Shown here: positions 60,136-64,000 of the stretch, piece after piece
Position numbering within the stretch: position 1 is the stretch's first letter
How the letters are laid out: each line of letters begins with the position of its first letter
Source of the DNA: Alistipes sp.
GTDB taxonomy: Bacteria; Bacteroidota; Bacteroidia; Bacteroidales; Rikenellaceae
Reading direction: 5' to 3'
NCBI GenBank assembly: GCA_017410165.1
Contig: JAFQRH010000007.1
Location: 4,447 to 68,446 of the forward strand
Length of the DNA: 64,000 nucleotides
Translations under genes and position numbers: made by a program
The notes under the pieces: model-generated
The model's input: the letters and a program-made list of their open reading frames with translations, nothing else
Database searches by the model: none
Told to the model about the DNA's origin: nothing

Positions 60136-61401
60136 CTATCGAACGATAGTCTCTTCACGATCCGGACCTACCGAGATAATCTTCACCGACACACCGGTCT
60201 CCTGCTCGATAAACGCCACGTAGTCCTTAAACTGCTGTGGGAAATCGTCATAATTGCGGACGTTGCAGATATCGCAATTCCAACCCTCGAACTCGCGATA
60301 AATCGGCGTAATATCCGCATCGCTCTCATAAGGGAAGTAGTCGATACGCTCACCGTTCACTTCGTAGCCGACAGCGACCTTAATGGTATCGAAATCGTTC
60401 AGCACGTCCGACTTCATCATAATCAAGTCAGTCACACCGTTCATCGTCACAGCATATTTGAGCGCAACCAAGTCGAGCCAACCGCAACGGCGCGGACGAC
60501 CCGTCGTAGCACCGAACTCGTTACCCACCTGACGCAGGCACTCGCCCGTCGAATCGAACAACTCGGTCGGGAACGGACCACTGCCGACACGCGTACAATA
60601 CGCTTTGAAGATACCATAGACGTTACCGATACGTGTCGGAGCAACACCCAGACCGGTGCAGACACCTGCACACAACGTATTCGACGAGGTTACGTACGGA
60701 TAGGTACCGAAATCGATATCGAGCAACGAACCCTGCGCGCCCTCTGCCAATATCGAAACATCGTCGGCAATGTAGCCATTTACGACCATTTCGCTATCGA
60801 CAAAGCGGAAACGGCGCAACTGCTCGATTCCGGCAAACCACTCCTTCTCGTAGTTGTCAATATCGTACACATAATCATACTGACGGAGTTGGAAGAGGTG
60901 CTTGGTTTTGAGTTGCTCGTAACGCTCCATAAAATCAGGCAACAGAATATCGCCTACACGCAGACCATTACGACCCGTCTTATCCATATATGCAGGGCCG
61001 ATACCCTTCAACGTCGAGCCGATTTTGGTCTTGCCCTTTGCCGCCTCGCTTGCCGCATCCAACACGCGGTGCGTAGGCAGAATCAGGTGCGCACGCTTCG
61101 AGATAGTGAGGCGCGACACAACATCGACACCCTTTGCCTCGATTTGAGCGATTTCGTCCGCCAAAATTACAGGGTCGATAACCACTCCGTTACCTATGAT
61201 ATTCACAGCTCCATCGCGGAAAATACCCGACGGAACAGTGTGCAACACAAATTTATCACCGCCAAAATGCAGCGAGTGTCCAGCGTTCGGACCGCCTTGG
61301 AAGCGGGCTATTACATTATAGTTGGGTGTCAAGACATCCACCACTTTACCTTTACCCTCGTCGCCCCATTGCAAACCGAGTACCACATCTACTTTTTTCA
61401 T
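60136..61401 (-). CDS. purA: Adenylosuccinate synthetase
   Basis: GLQWGDEGKGK, RFQGGPNAGH, EGAQG, GTYPYVTSS, EFGATTGRPRRCGW; ATG at 61401. Confidence 0.99.
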   Translation of the reverse strand: MKKVDVVLGLQWGDEGKGKVVDVLTPNYNVIARFQGGPNAGHSLHFGGDKFVLHTVPSGIFRDGAVNIIGNGVVIDPVILADEIAQIEAKGVDVVSRLTISKRAHLILPTHRVLDAASEAAKGKTKIGSTLKGIGPAYMDKTGRNGLRVGDILLPDFMERYEQLKTKHLFQLRQYDYVYDIDNYEKEWFAGIEQLRRFRFVDSEMVVNGYIADDVSILAEGAQGSLLDIDFGTYPYVTSSNTLCAGVCTGLGVAPTRIGNVYGIFKAYCTRVGSGPFPTELFDSTGECLRQVGNEFGATTGRPRRCGWLDLVALKYAVTMNGVTDLIMMKSDVLNDFDTIKVAVGYEVNGERIDYFPYESDADITPIYREFEGWNCDICNVRNYDDFPQQFKDYVAFIEQETGVSVKIISVGPDREETIVR

Positions 61402-61615
61402 CGTATAAGTTGAGTTTGTTTTTAGCAGGTGTAAAATTATGCCATTCGTCGCAAATCTTCGCTTTTCGGCACCCGTAATTATCAACATTTTTTCGACACG
61501 CACTTTGTGCGCCATCGCCACTGTTCAGATTCAGACAAATACGTTTATGGGGTGGCGCATTATCAGATTTTTTCACTACATTTGTCTAATTTAACAACAC
61601 AAAAAACGAAAACCT

Positions 61616-62377
61616 ATGAAACATCTGATTTGGATTATGCTGTGTGCTGCCGCAGTCGGCTGTACCTCTACGCCCGCAACCGCTCCCGCAACAGAGCCAT
61701 CCGCCACGTACGAGATTCACGAGGCGGTAGCAGTTGATTGCAGCTCCGAAATGGAGTGGATACAACGCTACGAGAAGACCGACATCGCCGCCCTCAAAGA
61801 GCGCGCCCAAAGCCAAGAGAAGGAGTGCGACGTGATGTTCTTCGGCAGTTCGTCCATCCGATTGTGGGAGACGCTCGAAGAGGATATGGCTCCACTGAAA
61901 GTGGTCAATCGCGGATACGGAGGAGCAACTCTGCGCGACCTGCACTACAACTACCCTACCGTAATGGACACGTATCGCCCGAAGGCGTTTGTTATCTATT
62001 GCGACAACGATTTGAAAGGCAAGGCGGGAGATTTGCTCATCGGCGAACTCTTCGACCACTATCGCGTGCTGCTCGCCCGTCTGGCAAAGGATTACCCCGA
62101 CACGCCGGTATTTGTTCTGGCAATGAAGCACTCGTTGCACCGTCTGAAAGCCCGCGACAAGCAGCGTCTGTTCAACGACTTGATGAGCGACTATGCCGCC
62201 GGCACCGAGAATCTGACGTTTGTCGATACCTGTTCTCCGCTGCTCAACGCCGATGGTATCGTGGATGACACGCTCTTCCTCGACGACCATCTGCACATCA
62301 ACCGCGAGGGTTATAGCCGTTGGACCGCCATCCTCAAACCGATGTTGATGGAGTGCGTCGGCCTCAATCGCAAATAA
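61616..62377 (+). CDS. SGNH/GDSL hydrolase lipoprotein
   Basis: Lipobox AVGC; FFGSSSIRLW, NRGYGG, YCDND, DDHLH. Confidence 0.88.
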   Translation: MKHLIWIMLCAAAVGCTSTPATAPATEPSATYEIHEAVAVDCSSEMEWIQRYEKTDIAALKERAQSQEKECDVMFFGSSSIRLWETLEEDMAPLKVVNRGYGGATLRDLHYNYPTVMDTYRPKAFVIYCDNDLKGKAGDLLIGELFDHYRVLLARLAKDYPDTPVFVLAMKHSLHRLKARDKQRLFNDLMSDYAAGTENLTFVDTCSPLLNADGIVDDTLFLDDHLHINREGYSRWTAILKPMLMECVGLNRK

Positions 62378-62404
62378 GCAGTTGCGGAAGATTCCCAAAA
62401 CAAC

Positions 62405-62442
62405 AAATAGCCCGACCACTTTCTGCGGTGGCCGGGCTATTT
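62405..62442. terminator. Bidirectional terminator
   Basis: AAATAGCCCG.CCAC/GTGGCCGGGCTATTT. Confidence 0.8.
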
Positions 62443-62463
62443 TATCGCTACATCGAACGTCGC

Positions 62464-64000
62464 CTACTTGGCAATAATCGTATGCTCGCCTGCCGAAAGC
62501 GTCAATCGCTCACCCGACTGCTCACCCGACTGCAACTGCGCATATCCCTGCGGTAAACGCACCTCCGCCTGTGTATCGGCAGGCACGGTGAGTTCCACTA
62601 CAAGTTCTCCATCACGCTTCTCGGCTAGCATCACAATCTCGCCAAAGCGCGTCGGAACAACGCTATGCACACAATTGAGCGTCGCCAAATTCGGCTCGAC
62701 CGAGAAACGACGAAATGCCGGTTCGAGCGGTGCAATACCGGCAATGTATTCGGACAAAATAGTCAGACCGCCACCACTCCAAGCGTGGTTGTAGGTACCA
62801 TTGCCCGACTTATACTGCATACCTCGTCCGCCGGTGTACTCCCAGCCCTCCCACAATGTGGAGTGAGGCGCAGCAACCATCTCGCCGAAGCGCAACTCCA
62901 TACGAGCCAACGCATCCTCGTAGTAGCCCATCTTACACAACGCCTCCAAGACGTACTTCTCCATATACGGGCTTGCGTTATAGTGCGTATGCAGGAACTC
63001 GCGAATCACCTCGTAACGCTCCTCCGGTACGATACCCGCGATGACCGCCATTGCCTGCACGCGATCGTCCGGCGAATCCTTATACTTCGCACTCTTGTAT
63101 TGTTGCAACTCCTCGTTCCAATACTTTTCGTTGAACGACACACGCAACTTGTCGTATATCTGCTCGGCCATCATAGCGTCGCTACCGTGACCCGTCAAAC
63201 GAGCCATCTCGGCAAAGCCACGCAGTGCAACCGCATACCAACACTGTTGCAACGCCTCTTTGTCGATATTACGGCCCCAATCGCCCCAATGCCAACCACC
63301 ACGACGCATCGTAATAAGACCGCTGTTCTGTGGCGTCCACGTATGGAACAGATAGCGATGTACGCGATCATAAACTGCATCAATCGTCGCAAGGTCGCCC
63401 GTCTGCATATAGTAGGTATAGAAACCGTAATAACCAACGCTCGCCAACATCTGACACGGCAACTCCGAACGATACCATCCCGGCACAGGCGATGCAATTG
63501 CGCCATTCTCCTGCTGGTGCATCATCAATTCGAGAATCGCCTTGCGGGTAAGCAGATGTGCGCGCTCGTCAAAGACATAACCTGCCTCGCCAAGTTCAAC
63601 CACCACATCACCCCACCACTGGGCACGTTCGCGGTCCGGACAATCCATATAGTTGTCGCGCATCGTAACATAGAGTGTGCGTTGCGCCTTTTGCCACAAC
63701 TTGTTACAAAAGTCGTTATCGCACTTAAAAGCACCGACGAAATCAGAGTCGTAACCACTCTCGCGATACTTCACTTCGAGCACTTCGACACCCTCCGGAA
63801 CGAAATATAGCACATCGTGGCCATTGGTCCAAATCGGGGTCTCGAACTCCTGTTCGCCTTCGCGGGCGATATACTCTGTATAGAACGAGCGAGCCGGACC
63901 AATCCAATAGTCGTCCGTACAAATCACAATACGCTCGCCGCCCCTGGCACGCAGTTTAATATATGGTGTAACGTGGGCATTATACGGAAGTTTTCCCGTA
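62464..64000 (-). CDS. Alpha-L-rhamnosidase (GH78)-like protein, 5' part outside window
   Basis: Frame open to the window edge; DCPDRERAQWWGD, DWG, TLWEGW, NHAWSGG. Confidence 0.9.
   Translation of the reverse strand, partial: TGKLPYNAHVTPYIKLRARGGERIVICTDDYWIGPARSFYTEYIAREGEQEFETPIWTNGHDVLYFVPEGVEVLEVKYRESGYDSDFVGAFKCDNDFCNKLWQKAQRTLYVTMRDNYMDCPDRERAQWWGDVVVELGEAGYVFDERAHLLTRKAILELMMHQQENGAIASPVPGWYRSELPCQMLASVGYYGFYTYYMQTGDLATIDAVYDRVHRYLFHTWTPQNSGLITMRRGGWHWGDWGRNIDKEALQQCWYAVALRGFAEMARLTGHGSDAMMAEQIYDKLRVSFNEKYWNEELQQYKSAKYKDSPDDRVQAMAVIAGIVPEERYEVIREFLHTHYNASPYMEKYVLEALCKMGYYEDALARMELRFGEMVAAPHSTLWEGWEYTGGRGMQYKSGNGTYNHAWSGGGLTILSEYIAGIAPLEPAFRRFSVEPNLATLNCVHSVVPTRFGEIVMLAEKRDGELVVELTVPADTQAEVRLPQGYAQLQSGEQSGERLTLSAGEHTIIAK

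Overview
64 kb of a Bacteroidales chromosome, probably Alistipes/Rikenellaceae-like. This is inferred from TAnnTTTG promoter boxes, signal peptides ending before Gln, a gldH homologue and BACON-like lipoproteins; no database search was possible. Most of the window is housekeeping or accessory metabolism (secA, mdh, sufE, trmB, fabI, ligA, dapA, rluB, purA, two MATE transporters, gadC, an M16 peptidase, a clostripain, glycoside hydrolases). The main feature is a complete, lower-GC, non-phage diversity-generating retroelement (DGR) on the minus strand at about 29.06-33.0 kb. Its order is promoter, small secreted protein, secreted FGE/CLec target with a C-terminal VR, hairpin, HRDC accessory gene (no avd), RT, TR. 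TR (29096-29210) and VR (30802-30916) differ at 14 of 115 positions, 12 of them at TR adenines. An unexpected ~26-bp complementarity links the sequence just 3' of VR to the sequence just 3' of TR. Other notable items are an in-frame TspO-superoxide dismutase fusion, four tandem secreted S1/P1 nucleases (one with degenerate zinc ligands) plus a PHP phosphoesterase, a kinase-less araD/glycerol-1-P dehydrogenase/GlpT-type operon, a probably inactive PafA-type phosphatase, two promoters with G9 tracts in the spacer, a heptamer repeat array, a MITE-like element and a clamp-motif-like tail on LigA. I saw no tRNA, rRNA, CRISPR array, integrase or transposase. Family names come from motif recognition by eye.
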